Positions 20,376 through 29,788 of a DNA stretch of 64,000 bases are shown here, in pieces (the first letter of the stretch is position 1; each line of letters starts with the position of its first letter). The notes under the pieces were generated by a model that saw only the letters and a list, made by a program, of their open reading frames with translations, did not search any database and was not told the origin of the DNA. The position numbers and the translations under genes were made by a program. This stretch comes from Capsulimonadaceae bacterium. GTDB lineage: Bacteria; Armatimonadota; Armatimonadia; Armatimonadales; Capsulimonadaceae. The DNA is taken from assembly GCA_965215505.1 (NCBI GenBank), contig OZ244065.1, forward strand, positions 2,816,001-2,880,000, read 5' to 3'.

Positions 20376-20942
20376 TCAGGCGGCAGTAACGACTCCAGCG
20401 CGGCGCAGAATTTCAGGCCCGTTTTGAAAGCCGCGCCGGATTACCTTCACCACATGGTACTGCGGAACTTCACTCGACGCCTGCGTATCCAAACCCTCGT
20501 GGAGTTGACCATCGAAAGGTCCGTCTGTGGTGATCTCAGTAATCCCAACACCCGACAAGCGACGCATGCAGTCCTGCTGGGCGGCCTCAACATCGTGGGC
20601 GAAGGCTTCCTGGCCCTTTTGCAGCAGTGACTCATACACCCAATCTAGTGCATCCATTAACTGAATTGCAGTCAATGAAATCTGCCTCATCTGGCGTTCA
20701 GCCGCAGCACGAGCATCATCCAGTTTCTCCACACGCTCGTCACGCTCCGCCTGCTGCCGTGCGAGTTCCTGATAGCGCTGGTCTAACGCCTCTGTGGACG
20801 CACTCAGGCGCATGATTAATCGCCCCTGTTTAGACACGATCTGAAGCGGCGAGACAACTGCTTCAGTTGCGCCTCCACTCGTCCCAGTTCCTCCGCTCAA
20901 AGGAGGCAAGCGCCTGAGTTCTTCCCGGATATTCAAAGCCAT
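20376..20942 (-). CDS. GrpE-like nucleotide exchange factor
   Basis: Coiled coil followed by FDGQLHEGL...VIRRGFQNGPEILRRAGVV (GrpE beta-domain pattern). Confidence 0.8.
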   Translation of the reverse strand: MALNIREELRRLPPLSGGTGTSGGATEAVVSPLQIVSKQGRLIMRLSASTEALDQRYQELARQQAERDERVEKLDDARAAAERQMRQISLTAIQLMDALDWVYESLLQKGQEAFAHDVEAAQQDCMRRLSGVGITEITTDGPFDGQLHEGLDTQASSEVPQYHVVKVIRRGFQNGPEILRRAGVVTAA

Positions 20943-21169
20943 ATGAAATAGTACCCTTCCTGGCACACTCATCCGACGAAGTAAGTCGGTAGCGCTTTGT
21001 CAAACGATGGCGGTGACAAGAGGTTGTGAAACAGATGCAGACCGCCGATATATTTCATGCACAAACCATGCCAAACCTGGTATTTCGTACAGGGTGCAGA
21101 AAATAAAAAAGCCCGATGAGCAATAACCCCGCATGACAGGTGTGGGGTTTGGTCGGTTAGGGCCACAGT

Positions 21170-21544
21170 CTAGTGGTGCCCCGCCCCCGCCGCCTCGCCG
21201 CGCTCGATCTGGCGGCGGCGCTGGCGCTGGATCTGGAGGGGCTGCAAGTCCACGCACAGGACGGTTTCGGCCAGGCCGCGCGCGTGGATCACTTCGCGGA
21301 GGCTGGGGATCAGCTTGTGCTCGACGAAGTCGGCGTAGACCTCGTTGTAGTTGTAGGTCTCGACGGCGGCGGTCCACTTGACCCCCTGCGATCGCTCCCC
21401 GGCAGGGTAGTAGAACAGGGTCGGCCCGGTGCCCGTACTCCACTCGATGACCACCTTGGAGGCGCTGTGCGCCTTCCAGGCGTCGCACTTGAGGCGCAGC
21501 GTTTCCATGTCGAACTGTGGTTCCTGATGCAGCTTTCGCTCCAT
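21170..21544 (-). CDS. hypothetical protein
   Basis: 124 aa, AGGAG RBS, host-like codon usage. Confidence 0.65.
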   Translation of the reverse strand: MERKLHQEPQFDMETLRLKCDAWKAHSASKVVIEWSTGTGPTLFYYPAGERSQGVKWTAAVETYNYNEVYADFVEHKLIPSLREVIHARGLAETVLCVDLQPLQIQRQRRRQIERGEAAGAGHH

Positions 21545-21627
21545 GGGGGTGTGTTTCTCCTCGCGGATCGTCTTCTAGAGATTGGGAACGGGATTATTAT
21601 AGCACACGCAGGGCCATCCCAGCCTGC

Positions 21628-22494
21628 TCACGCCTCATTCTTCAGGGCGAGCATGGCGGCATAGACCTCGCGCTTGGACAGCTTGCGGTCCGCGCTGATC
21701 GCCTTGACGGCGTCCCGCTCGCTCTGCCCGGCGTCCAGGGCGGCGCGCAGGGCGGTGGGCAGATCCACCGGCTCCGGCTCGGGCAAGGCGGCGGCCTCCT
21801 CGTCGTCGCTGTCCCCGGCCAGCCCTTGCACGACGACGGTGATCTCGCCGCGCGCCGCATGAGCGTCGAAGTGGGCGGCGACTTCGGACAGGGGGCCGCG
21901 CACGAACTCCTCGAACTTCTTGGTCAGCTCGCGTCCCACGGCGGCGGGCCGGGCCGGGCCGAAGGCGTCCCGCATCTCGCGCAGGGTTTCGGCGATGCGC
22001 TGCGGGGACTCGTAGAAGATCAGCGTCCGCGTCTCCAAACGGGCGAGATTGGCGAGCTTCGCGCGGCGCGGGCCTTTGGTGCGCGGCAGGAAGCCCTCAA
22101 AGGCGAACCGGGCGGGCGCGATCCCGCTGCCGACGAGGGCGCACAGGACGGCGCTCGCGCCGGGGATGGGGACGACGGGGATGTCGGCGGCGAGTGCGGC
22201 CCGGACGAGTTCGACGCCGGGGTCCGAAACGCCGGGCGTCCCGGCGTCGGTGACGAGGGCGACGGTCTGGCCTTCGAGCAGCCTCCGGACAAGGTTCTCG
22301 GCCCGCCCGGCTTCGGAGTGCTGGTGATAGGCGACGAGTGGCGTCCCGATCTCGAAGTGGGACAGGAGGGCGCGGGTGTGCCGGGTGTCCTCGGCGGCCA
22401 CCAGGTCCGCTTCTTTCAGCAGCCGCAGGGCGCGCAGGGTGATGTCTTCGAGGTTGCCGATGGGCGTGGCGACGATGTAGAGGGTTCCGGACAT
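21628..22494 (-). CDS. rsmI: 16S rRNA C1402 2'-O-methyltransferase
   Basis: LYIVATPIGNLEDIT, DAGTPGVSDPG, FYESP, RELTK. Confidence 0.97.
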   Translation of the reverse strand: MSGTLYIVATPIGNLEDITLRALRLLKEADLVAAEDTRHTRALLSHFEIGTPLVAYHQHSEAGRAENLVRRLLEGQTVALVTDAGTPGVSDPGVELVRAALAADIPVVPIPGASAVLCALVGSGIAPARFAFEGFLPRTKGPRRAKLANLARLETRTLIFYESPQRIAETLREMRDAFGPARPAAVGRELTKKFEEFVRGPLSEVAAHFDAHAARGEITVVVQGLAGDSDDEEAAALPEPEPVDLPTALRAALDAGQSERDAVKAISADRKLSKREVYAAMLALKNEA

Positions 22495-22545
22495 GGGTTA
22501 CATCGAATGAGTGTAGAAGAGGACGGAATGAAGCAGGAGAGTGAA

Positions 22546-22614
22546 GGGCGAACACAAGGTTCGCCCCTACGGGGAAGGCAGACGGGGCGTAGGGGCGAAC
22601 CTTGTGTTCGCCCT
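22546..22614. repeat. inverted pair of GTAG-type REPs
   Basis: GGGCGAACACAAGGTTCGCCCCTAC and GTAGGGGCGAACCTTGTGTTCGCCC. Partial copies near 41397-41434. Confidence 0.8.
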
Positions 22615-22658
22615 TCCTACTGCGTCCGCCCCTTTATATCCCTCTTCTCAGCTTTCGC

Positions 22659-24329
22659 CTACTGCCCCGGTTTGGGTGCCGGGGCCGCCGAGGGCACCAC
22701 ATGGATCGAGCCGGCGGGGCGGCCCGCCGGGACGCCCGCGCCGCGCACGGGGGCAGCCCCGCCGGGTGCGCCTGGCATCCCCGGCATCCCGTTGGGTGCG
22801 CCCGGCGCGGGGTGGGCCAGCGCGTAAGTCTTGAGCCAGTCCATCTCTTTGGCGGCAAGCTCCGGGTGGTTCGCCTCCCGGTAGTCCGTCAGGAGCTGGA
22901 TGTGCGTTGTCTGGTCGTTCCAGGCCAGTGTGGAGGCCTGCTGGAAATGGGGCAGGGCCTTGGCGGCCTGCTTGTCGTCCAGGTACATCTTGCCCAGGGT
23001 CAGTTCCAGCGAGGCATCGTCGCGGGACTTCAGAGCCTCCTCATAGGCAGCCATCGCCTGCGGCGTCTGGTGCAAGGCCTGGTAGACTTGCGCCAGGGCG
23101 GCGTTGATCGCCGCCTTCTCCGTGGCCGGCGGGTTCGCCTTCAATGCCCTCTGGTAGTCGGCCGACGCCTCCTGGTACTTCGGCTGGCCCTGGATGCCCG
23201 AGCGACCCGCCTCGGAGAAGGCGCGGTCGCCGGCCAGGGCGGGGTCCTTGACATCGATCTTGGCGCTGCTCTTGAGGCTCGCCATCATGTCCTGGTACTT
23301 GGCCTGGGCGCGCGTGTCCCGGACGAGGGCGATGTACTTGGCCTTGTTCTTGTCGAAGTCGGCGGGCAGGGCGCTCTTGACGGCGTCCAGCTTGATGATG
23401 AAGTAGCCGTACTGCGGCGAGGTCACCACGTCGGGCGTCACCTCGCCCGGCTTGAGGCTGAACGCGGCCTTTTTGAATTCGGGGATGTACTGCGTGCTTT
23501 CGTCAATGAAGCCGTCGTCGCCGCCCTTGTCCTTGGTGCCGGTGTCATCGGAATACTGCTTCGCCAGGGCGGCGAAGTCCGCGCCGGGGGCCTTGGCCTT
23601 GGCGAGAATCGTCTGCGCCTGGGTCTTGGCCTGCACGTCCGAACGCTTCTTGTTGTCGATCAGGATGTGGCGCGTGTGGTACTTGGTGTAGAACTGGCGC
23701 GCGTCGGCCTCGTTGACGACGACCGTGTTGTTGAAGGCGGCCTGGACGCGGCCGGGCTGTCCGGCCTGGGGGTCGCCCAGCAGGATGATCTGGCGCAGGG
23801 TTTCGTCGGGCAGCTTCTGCTCCAGGGTTTCGGAATTGGCTTTCACCAGGGCGGCGTCAATGTCCGCGAGGGAGGCGGTGGCGGGAAGGCTGAGAGTCTG
23901 GCGCAGGTTGGACTGGTTCACGAGGTCCGCGCGCTTCTTCGCGATCTCGGCGTCGGGGACCGTGACGCCCATGTTCTTGGCCTGCTGCAACTGGAGCTTG
24001 GCGTTGACGAGCTGGTCCAGGGCGATGCTGTTGAGGAAGGGCTGCTCGGCGATGCCGATGGTGCGGCCCGAGAGCATCGGCGAGGTCTTGACCTGCTGCA
24101 TCGCGCCGTCGAAGTCGCCGCGCGTGATCGGGTCGCCGTTGACCGTCGCGATCACATCCTCCCCGGTCTGCACGGCCGGGGCGGCGCTGCCGCCCAGGCC
24201 CCCCACGTTCAGCAGGCCGAACCCGACCAGACCGAACGTAAGCAGTGCGCCGATCACCCACAGGCCCCACTTGCCGAGGGGGTTGCGCGAGACGTTTTCC
24301 AAGCCGTTACGGAACGAATTCAATGACAT
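22659..24329 (-). CDS. PrsA/SurA-like parvulin peptidyl-prolyl isomerase with C-terminal TPRs
   Basis: N-terminal TM, VIATVNGDPIT, RHILI, FAALAKQYSDD...KGGD, PEFKKAAFSLKPGE, YGYFII. Confidence 0.88.
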   Translation of the reverse strand: MSLNSFRNGLENVSRNPLGKWGLWVIGALLTFGLVGFGLLNVGGLGGSAAPAVQTGEDVIATVNGDPITRGDFDGAMQQVKTSPMLSGRTIGIAEQPFLNSIALDQLVNAKLQLQQAKNMGVTVPDAEIAKKRADLVNQSNLRQTLSLPATASLADIDAALVKANSETLEQKLPDETLRQIILLGDPQAGQPGRVQAAFNNTVVVNEADARQFYTKYHTRHILIDNKKRSDVQAKTQAQTILAKAKAPGADFAALAKQYSDDTGTKDKGGDDGFIDESTQYIPEFKKAAFSLKPGEVTPDVVTSPQYGYFIIKLDAVKSALPADFDKNKAKYIALVRDTRAQAKYQDMMASLKSSAKIDVKDPALAGDRAFSEAGRSGIQGQPKYQEASADYQRALKANPPATEKAAINAALAQVYQALHQTPQAMAAYEEALKSRDDASLELTLGKMYLDDKQAAKALPHFQQASTLAWNDQTTHIQLLTDYREANHPELAAKEMDWLKTYALAHPAPGAPNGMPGMPGAPGGAAPVRGAGVPAGRPAGSIHVVPSAAPAPKPGQ

Positions 24330-24354
24330 CGGTTATCTGTTTCCTGAGTAGTTG

Positions 24355-25215
24355 TTACTGTGAGTCCACGCGCGCCAGCAGCGCCTGCAAGCCTTCCAGG
24401 CAGGCCCGCGAGGACGCCTCTTTGGTCCCGTGGCCGCCGTAGTGCGTTTCCAAAGAGAGCCAGCCCGCGTAGCCGTCCCGCTTGAGGGCGGCCAGTTGCC
24501 CGGACCAGTCTATCTCGCCCGCGCCGACCACCGCCCATTCCGGGGCCGGTGCGCCCGGCGCGATGGATGCGTCCTTGACGTGGACATGGGCGATGAAGTC
24601 CTTGATCGCCTCGTAGCCCGTCGGGAAGGGCAGTTCCCCCGCCATGAAGGCGTTGCCGGGGTCCCAGACGGCCCGGACGGCGGGCGAGGCGATCTCCTCC
24701 AGGACGCGGGCCGTCTGCGCCCCGGTCGCGAGGCAGCAGGCGTGTTCGTTCTCGACCACCAGAGTCAGCCCCGCCCGCTCGGCCATTTGGGCCGGCTCGG
24801 CGTAGGCGTCCACGATCATCTCCTCCTGCAAGGGCGTCAGCGGCCCCTGCTTCCAGAAGGAGAAGGTCCGGATCAGCGTCGTGCCGAAGAAGCGCGCCGC
24901 CTCCATGCACCGCTCCAGCACGGCGATCTGGTCGCCCAGGCCCAGCGCGGAGGCGCTGTGCAGCGGCCCGAGCGGTCCGTCCACTTCCACGCCGGGCAGG
25001 GCGCACTTGTAGAAGGGCGAGGCGATGCCCACGACGGTCATGCCGCGCGCGTCCAGCAGGTCTTTCGCTCGCTGCCAATACTCCTGGGGGGCCTCGGCGA
25101 TGTTCTTGTCCCAGACCTGACGCAGCTCCGCCCCGGTCACGCCGTACTCGGCCATGACGTCCAGGGCGTGCCCCAGGTCGGCATCAATCTCGTCGGTGAT
25201 CACGGCAAGTTTCAT
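24355..25215 (-). CDS. sugar phosphate isomerase/epimerase (AP endonuclease 2 TIM barrel)
   Basis: MKLAVITDEI, VENE, WDPGN, HVHVKD, SLETH. Real gene is the 3' part of track ORF 24355..26151. Confidence 0.9.
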   Translation of the reverse strand: MKLAVITDEIDADLGHALDVMAEYGVTGAELRQVWDKNIAEAPQEYWQRAKDLLDARGMTVVGIASPFYKCALPGVEVDGPLGPLHSASALGLGDQIAVLERCMEAARFFGTTLIRTFSFWKQGPLTPLQEEMIVDAYAEPAQMAERAGLTLVVENEHACCLATGAQTARVLEEIASPAVRAVWDPGNAFMAGELPFPTGYEAIKDFIAHVHVKDASIAPGAPAPEWAVVGAGEIDWSGQLAALKRDGYAGWLSLETHYGGHGTKEASSRACLEGLQALLARVDSQ

Positions 25216-25341
25216 CGCAGTTCGTCTCCCCTCTTTAGGATACGCAAAAAAGAGCCGTTTCATTCTAGCCGATAGCGCCGGGTTTGTCAACAAACGGGGG
25301 AGGGTACACAGAGTCAATCTGGCGAAAGCAGGAGTTTTCTT

Positions 25342-25956
25342 ATGGCACAAGAGCGTTTGGACAGGCACGACGGCATCCACCACGAGCTGTTCGACGAGGA
25401 CACGAACCAGGTCGGCAGCCTGGGCGACATCGTAGAAAAGCACGCGGGCGACGCCGTGTTCCTCACCCCCTCCGAGAAGAGCGTCGGCGGCGCGGACGCC
25501 GGCCTGAGCGACTGGGAGGCCGAGATGCTGGAGGCCGACCCCGCCCCCGACGCGGGCATGGACGAAGGCGACCTCTACTCCGCCGAGGATCAAGATACCA
25601 TCGAAGGCACCGACGGTAGCGGCACGGTGGCGGGCATCGCACGCGGCTTCGGGACGCATCTGCCGCAGGACATCGGCGTGGGCGGCTTCCAGGTCGAGTC
25701 CATCCCGGACAGCGCGCTGAAGTCGCGCGTCCGCCCCCTCGCCGACGGCGAAGAACTCGATGATTACGATGACGATGCTGACGACGGCAAGGATGATGCC
25801 ACGGGCATTCTCGCCCAGGACTCCGAGCCGTTCAGCCACATGGTTTCCACCGACCCCGACGCCGACGGGGAGCCGACGCCGGGGCGCATCCCTCTGAAGC
25901 AGCCCCACCCCAGCGCCGAAGATGATGCCCTGGACGCGACGCGGCAGATGAAGTAG
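25342..25956 (+). CDS. acidic hypothetical protein
   Basis: AGGAG RBS, very D/E-rich, followed by a terminator. Confidence 0.75.
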   Translation: MAQERLDRHDGIHHELFDEDTNQVGSLGDIVEKHAGDAVFLTPSEKSVGGADAGLSDWEAEMLEADPAPDAGMDEGDLYSAEDQDTIEGTDGSGTVAGIARGFGTHLPQDIGVGGFQVESIPDSALKSRVRPLADGEELDDYDDDADDGKDDATGILAQDSEPFSHMVSTDPDADGEPTPGRIPLKQPHPSAEDDALDATRQMK

Positions 25957-25972
25957 CGGGCAGCGCAGGAAC

Positions 25973-26008
25973 GGGGAGCGGGCCGAACGGCCCGCTCCCC
26001 TTCTTTTT
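25973..26008 (+). terminator. intrinsic terminator
   Basis: GGGGAGCGGGCCG-AA-CGGCCCGCTCCCC followed by TTCTTTTT. Confidence 0.85.
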
Positions 26009-26041
26009 GCGGTACAATCTCGCCCAGAGGGACCAAGCCGC

Positions 26042-26986
26042 ATGACCATCACCCGAGACACGCCCCCGCCGCCGGGCAAACGCGGCAAGCCGCCCCTCGT
26101 CTCCACCCTGCGGCGCAGGAAGCTGATCGCCTTCGGCTGGTACGGCGGCAAATATTCGCACCTCGACTGGCTCCTGCCGCTCCTGCCCCCCGCCCACCAC
26201 TACTGCGAGCCGTTCGCCGGCTCCGGGGCCGTCCTGCTGAACCGGCCGCCCTCCCCCGTCGAGACCTACAACGACCTGGACGGCGAGGTCGTCAACTTCT
26301 TCCGCGTCCTCCGGGAACAGAAAGACGCCCTGACCGAAGCCATCGGCCTGACGCCCTTCTCGCGCGAGGAGTTCGGCATCGCCTGCCTCCTGGAGCCGGA
26401 CCTCGCGCCCCTGGAACGCGCCCGGCGCTTCTACGTCCGGGCGCGGCAGGTGCGGACCGGCCTGGCCCAGACCGCTTCCTTGGGGCGCTGGGCGAACTGC
26501 AAGGACACCAGCCGGGCGGGCATGAGCGGCGTCGTCAGCCGCTGGCTGGGAGGCGTCGAGGCGCTGCCCGAGATCGCCGAGCGCCTGCTGCGCGTCCAGA
26601 TCGAGAACCGCCCCGCCGTGGACGTCATCCGGCTCTATGACTCCCAAACGAGTTTATTCTATTGCGATCCCCCCTACCTGCACGAGACGCGCGGCGACAC
26701 CAGCGCCTACGGCTTTGAGATGACCGACGAGCAGCACAAAGAACTGGCTGCTACCCTGAACGACGCTTCGGGCAAGGTGGCGATCTCTGGCTACCAGTGC
26801 GATTTGATGGACCACCTCTACCCCGCCCCTAGGTGGACCAAGACGACGAGCGCCGAGCGAACCATCCATTCCACCAAGGACAAGCGCAGCGAGGCGCTGT
26901 GGACGAACTACGACCCGCGCGAGGTCCTGAGCGGCCAGTCGAGTCTGCTCTTCGAGGCCGGCAGCCGGTATCAATTCGAAGCATGA
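26042..26986 (+). CDS. Dam/D12-class N6-adenine DNA methyltransferase
   Basis: WYGGK, EPFAGSGAV, YNDLD, FYCDPPY. Confidence 0.93.
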   Translation: MTITRDTPPPPGKRGKPPLVSTLRRRKLIAFGWYGGKYSHLDWLLPLLPPAHHYCEPFAGSGAVLLNRPPSPVETYNDLDGEVVNFFRVLREQKDALTEAIGLTPFSREEFGIACLLEPDLAPLERARRFYVRARQVRTGLAQTASLGRWANCKDTSRAGMSGVVSRWLGGVEALPEIAERLLRVQIENRPAVDVIRLYDSQTSLFYCDPPYLHETRGDTSAYGFEMTDEQHKELAATLNDASGKVAISGYQCDLMDHLYPAPRWTKTTSAERTIHSTKDKRSEALWTNYDPREVLSGQSSLLFEAGSRYQFEA

Positions 26987-28107
26987 GAAACCCACAGGAA
27001 ATCTTGGAAGAGGTGCTGACGACGGCAGCCTCTCAGACGGCACGCTCCGCTATCATCACGAACGAGATCGAACACCGGGTTGATTTCGTGAGCCGCTGCC
27101 TCAGCAACCGGGCCACCATCCGGCTCCTGATGGCCTGCCTCCTTGCCAAAATCCACCGCCCGGACGTTGACCCGCGAAAACCCTACACAGAGGTCGGAGG
27201 AGGCGACTCGTTCTCCGGGCGCAGCTATGATGAGACATACATCACGGCGTTCATCAACACGCACCGCCTGCCCTGCAATCCGACGACAGCCTTTCTGACA
27301 CCCGCGCTCCGCAACATCAACCGCGTCCTGACGACCGACTTGAACCTGGAAGGGCGGCCCCGCGAGGCGTACCAGTACACTCTGCAACTGCTGGATGACG
27401 TCCACGCGGGCCGCGTCCTTGCTGATGACCTGCTGACGGAAGCGCTCCGACTGCTCCTCATGGTCCGGGAGGAGCGGCAGAGCCGGATGACCGGGCTGCT
27501 GGCTGGCCTCCGCCAGTCGGAGGACGTCCTGCCACTTTCGAGCGAGGCGACGGTGGTGCTGATTAGCCAGCATCTCGCCTGCAAGAACGCCAGCCGCCTG
27601 CCTGTCCTTGTCGTCGCGGCGGCTTATCAAGTCGCAGGGGAAAGATTAGGGGAGCGTCCCCTGCCACTCCACGCGCACAATGCGGCGGACGAACAGACCG
27701 GCGCTCTGGGTGATTTAGAGATCACGCTGGCGGGCGACAACACGGTCGTGACCTGCTACGAGATGAAGCTGAAGCGTGTGACCATAGAGGACATCAACCG
27801 CGCCCTGCAAAAGTTCTCAGGCCGCGAGGAGCGCATTGACAACTATATCTTCATCACGACGGACGTAATAGACGACCCCGTCCGTGAGTATGCGGCGAGC
27901 ATCTATGCAGGCAGTGGCGGCATTGAAGTCGTCATCCTGGACTGCATCGGCTTCCTCAGACACTTCCTACACCTGTTCCACCGGCTCCGAACGGCTTTCC
28001 TGAATGCCTACCAAACGCTCGTGCTAGCCGAGCCGGACAGCGCCGTCAGCCAGCCGCTGAAAGAAGCGTTCCTTGCCCTGCGGCAAGCGGCCGAGGCGGA
28101 CAGCTAA
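26983..28107 (+). CDS. putative type II restriction endonuclease (PD-(D/E)xK, SacI-family-like)
   Basis: ATGA overlap with the MTase; HNAAD...GDLEI...CYEMK catalytic-type motif. Confidence 0.72.
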   Translation: MRNPQEILEEVLTTAASQTARSAIITNEIEHRVDFVSRCLSNRATIRLLMACLLAKIHRPDVDPRKPYTEVGGGDSFSGRSYDETYITAFINTHRLPCNPTTAFLTPALRNINRVLTTDLNLEGRPREAYQYTLQLLDDVHAGRVLADDLLTEALRLLLMVREERQSRMTGLLAGLRQSEDVLPLSSEATVVLISQHLACKNASRLPVLVVAAAYQVAGERLGERPLPLHAHNAADEQTGALGDLEITLAGDNTVVTCYEMKLKRVTIEDINRALQKFSGREERIDNYIFITTDVIDDPVREYAASIYAGSGGIEVVILDCIGFLRHFLHLFHRLRTAFLNAYQTLVLAEPDSAVSQPLKEAFLALRQAAEADS

Positions 28108-29156
28108 TCAGCCCCGCGCTCCGCCAGGAAGTCCTGCACCTGCCAGCGGGCGTTCCGCCCGTGCGTCCCCAGATAGTCCAGCATGGCCTCCTCGGCAAGC
28201 TCCGGCTCGGCGAGGTCGGCGGGGGTGAAGTCCTCGCGCACGGCCTCCCAGACGGCCTTGAGGTCGGCGGCGGTGAAGACGCGGTGGGCGTCGCGGACAC
28301 TCGCGGGCTTGACCTTCAGGAAGACCTGGTCGGAGGACTCGAAGCGGCCCTTGACGACGTAGCCCTCGATGCCGTCGCGCGTCGCCAGATGCTCCAGCGA
28401 GCGCAGGCGCTTGTAGACGTCCCCCGCCTCGCTGCCGCCGACCAGCCGGCCTTGGAGTTCCACCAGGTTCAGGCGGTAGTCCTCGGCGATGCGCTCCTTC
28501 TCCAGCCGGTCCACGAACTGGTAGTCCGGGTCAATGACGTCTATCAAGACCATGTCGGGCCGGTCGGCGAGGATGACGGTCTCGATCTCCGGCAGCGTCA
28601 TCTCGAAGCAGGGGACATAGCCCAGATCCGCCAGCTTGTAGGCTTGCGGGTACATCTTGTCGATCAGCCGACGGGCCGACGAGCCGTAGTCAATGCCCAG
28701 GCCGCGCACGTTCTCGATGCCCGCCGACACCAGAGGGTTGCCGCCGTCGAAGACGTCCCGCGTGGCGAACAGGTAGGGCGAGTCGCGCTTGTCGCCGTGC
28801 CGGTACAGGCGGATGTTGACGCCGTCCTCCTTCTTCTCCACGATCACCTCGCCGTCGCGCAGGGCGCGGAACAGGCTGCGCTCCTGGGTGGCTGCGAAGC
28901 GGTCGGTGGTGTAGTCGGAGGCGGGCAGGATGCGCGGGTAGCCGCGCACGATCTGGCGGGTGTCTGTAAAGAAGACTGTTCCTTTGAGCACATACGAGAC
29001 CGGCGCGTGGCTGCCGGACTGGTGGTAGGTGATGGCAGCGCCCTCCTGCGAGAACGACCCGATGCCGACGCCGAAGAAGGCGGCCAGGGCGTCCCGCGTG
29101 AAGGCGGGGACGGTGCGCGCGCAGTCGCGCAGTTTCTCGGCGATGTCCAGGTACAT
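28104..29156 (-). CDS. ATP-dependent RNA ligase-like nucleotidyltransferase (Rnl family)
   Basis: Motif I EKKEDG (KxDG), FATR, CFEM (III), LIDV (IIIa), EGYVVK (IV), LKVK (V). No OB-fold, kinase or phosphatase domain seen. Confidence 0.75.
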   Translation of the reverse strand: MYLDIAEKLRDCARTVPAFTRDALAAFFGVGIGSFSQEGAAITYHQSGSHAPVSYVLKGTVFFTDTRQIVRGYPRILPASDYTTDRFAATQERSLFRALRDGEVIVEKKEDGVNIRLYRHGDKRDSPYLFATRDVFDGGNPLVSAGIENVRGLGIDYGSSARRLIDKMYPQAYKLADLGYVPCFEMTLPEIETVILADRPDMVLIDVIDPDYQFVDRLEKERIAEDYRLNLVELQGRLVGGSEAGDVYKRLRSLEHLATRDGIEGYVVKGRFESSDQVFLKVKPASVRDAHRVFTAADLKAVWEAVREDFTPADLAEPELAEEAMLDYLGTHGRNARWQVQDFLAERGAD

Positions 29157-29179
29157 GGGGGTTCAATCTAGGCAAAGAC

Positions 29180-29788
29180 TTAAAGCGTAGAAAATTGCAA
29201 CAACTTCTCCACGACCTTAAAGACGTGGGTTCCGGGGAACGCCGGCCAGCGCGTTTCTCGCTCCCCTTCTAGCACTTTGGCGCGCGCTATGGCTGCGCGG
29301 ACTCCAGCGAGCGTGTAAGGATCAAGCCTGATGCGAGGTTTATTGTGGCCGCCTGTATGAGGGCGCAATCGCTCAATCACGGCATTACAATCCGTATCCA
29401 CTACGTCAGCCTCTTGGAAATGCAGAAGCAGCCACAGCTCGAAGCAGGGGTTGCTGATGGCGAGACCATAGCCGCTTTCCTGCGCCACTTGAGTCGCTTC
29501 ACTCAGGAACTGCGGGCGTTGCCGGTCCACATCTATGACCAGCCACCGTTCGTCGTCTTTGCCTAGGTCAAACTGCTCCTCGAACTCGACGAGCCTCTCT
29601 ATGACCTGTCGCGGTGCGGAAAGCCCATCTTGTCCGGCAGAGAGAACTTCCACATGGACGCGATCGCTGTCAAAAAGCGAAAAGTAGCGCGCCTCCGTCT
29701 TTTCGCCTTCCACCGCGATGACAAAGATACGCGCGTCACGAACAAAATTAGACCGAGGTACTAGATCTGTGCGCGGCATCCTTCTCAC
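29180..29788 (-). CDS. RloB-family (TOPRIM-like) protein
   Basis: IAVEGEKTEARYF, WLVIDVD, SNPCFELWLLLHF. Confidence 0.9.
   Translation of the reverse strand: MRRMPRTDLVPRSNFVRDARIFVIAVEGEKTEARYFSLFDSDRVHVEVLSAGQDGLSAPRQVIERLVEFEEQFDLGKDDERWLVIDVDRQRPQFLSEATQVAQESGYGLAISNPCFELWLLLHFQEADVVDTDCNAVIERLRPHTGGHNKPRIRLDPYTLAGVRAAIARAKVLEGERETRWPAFPGTHVFKVVEKLLQFSTL

Noticed and set aside
20969-21166. 65-aa ORF upstream of the GrpE-like gene
   Set aside because: It spans an AT-rich promoter/terminator-like region and has no coding signature.
25216-26151. N-terminal extension of ORF 24355..26151
   Set aside because: It is antisense to the acidic gene 25342..25956; the family start MKLAVITDE is at 25215.
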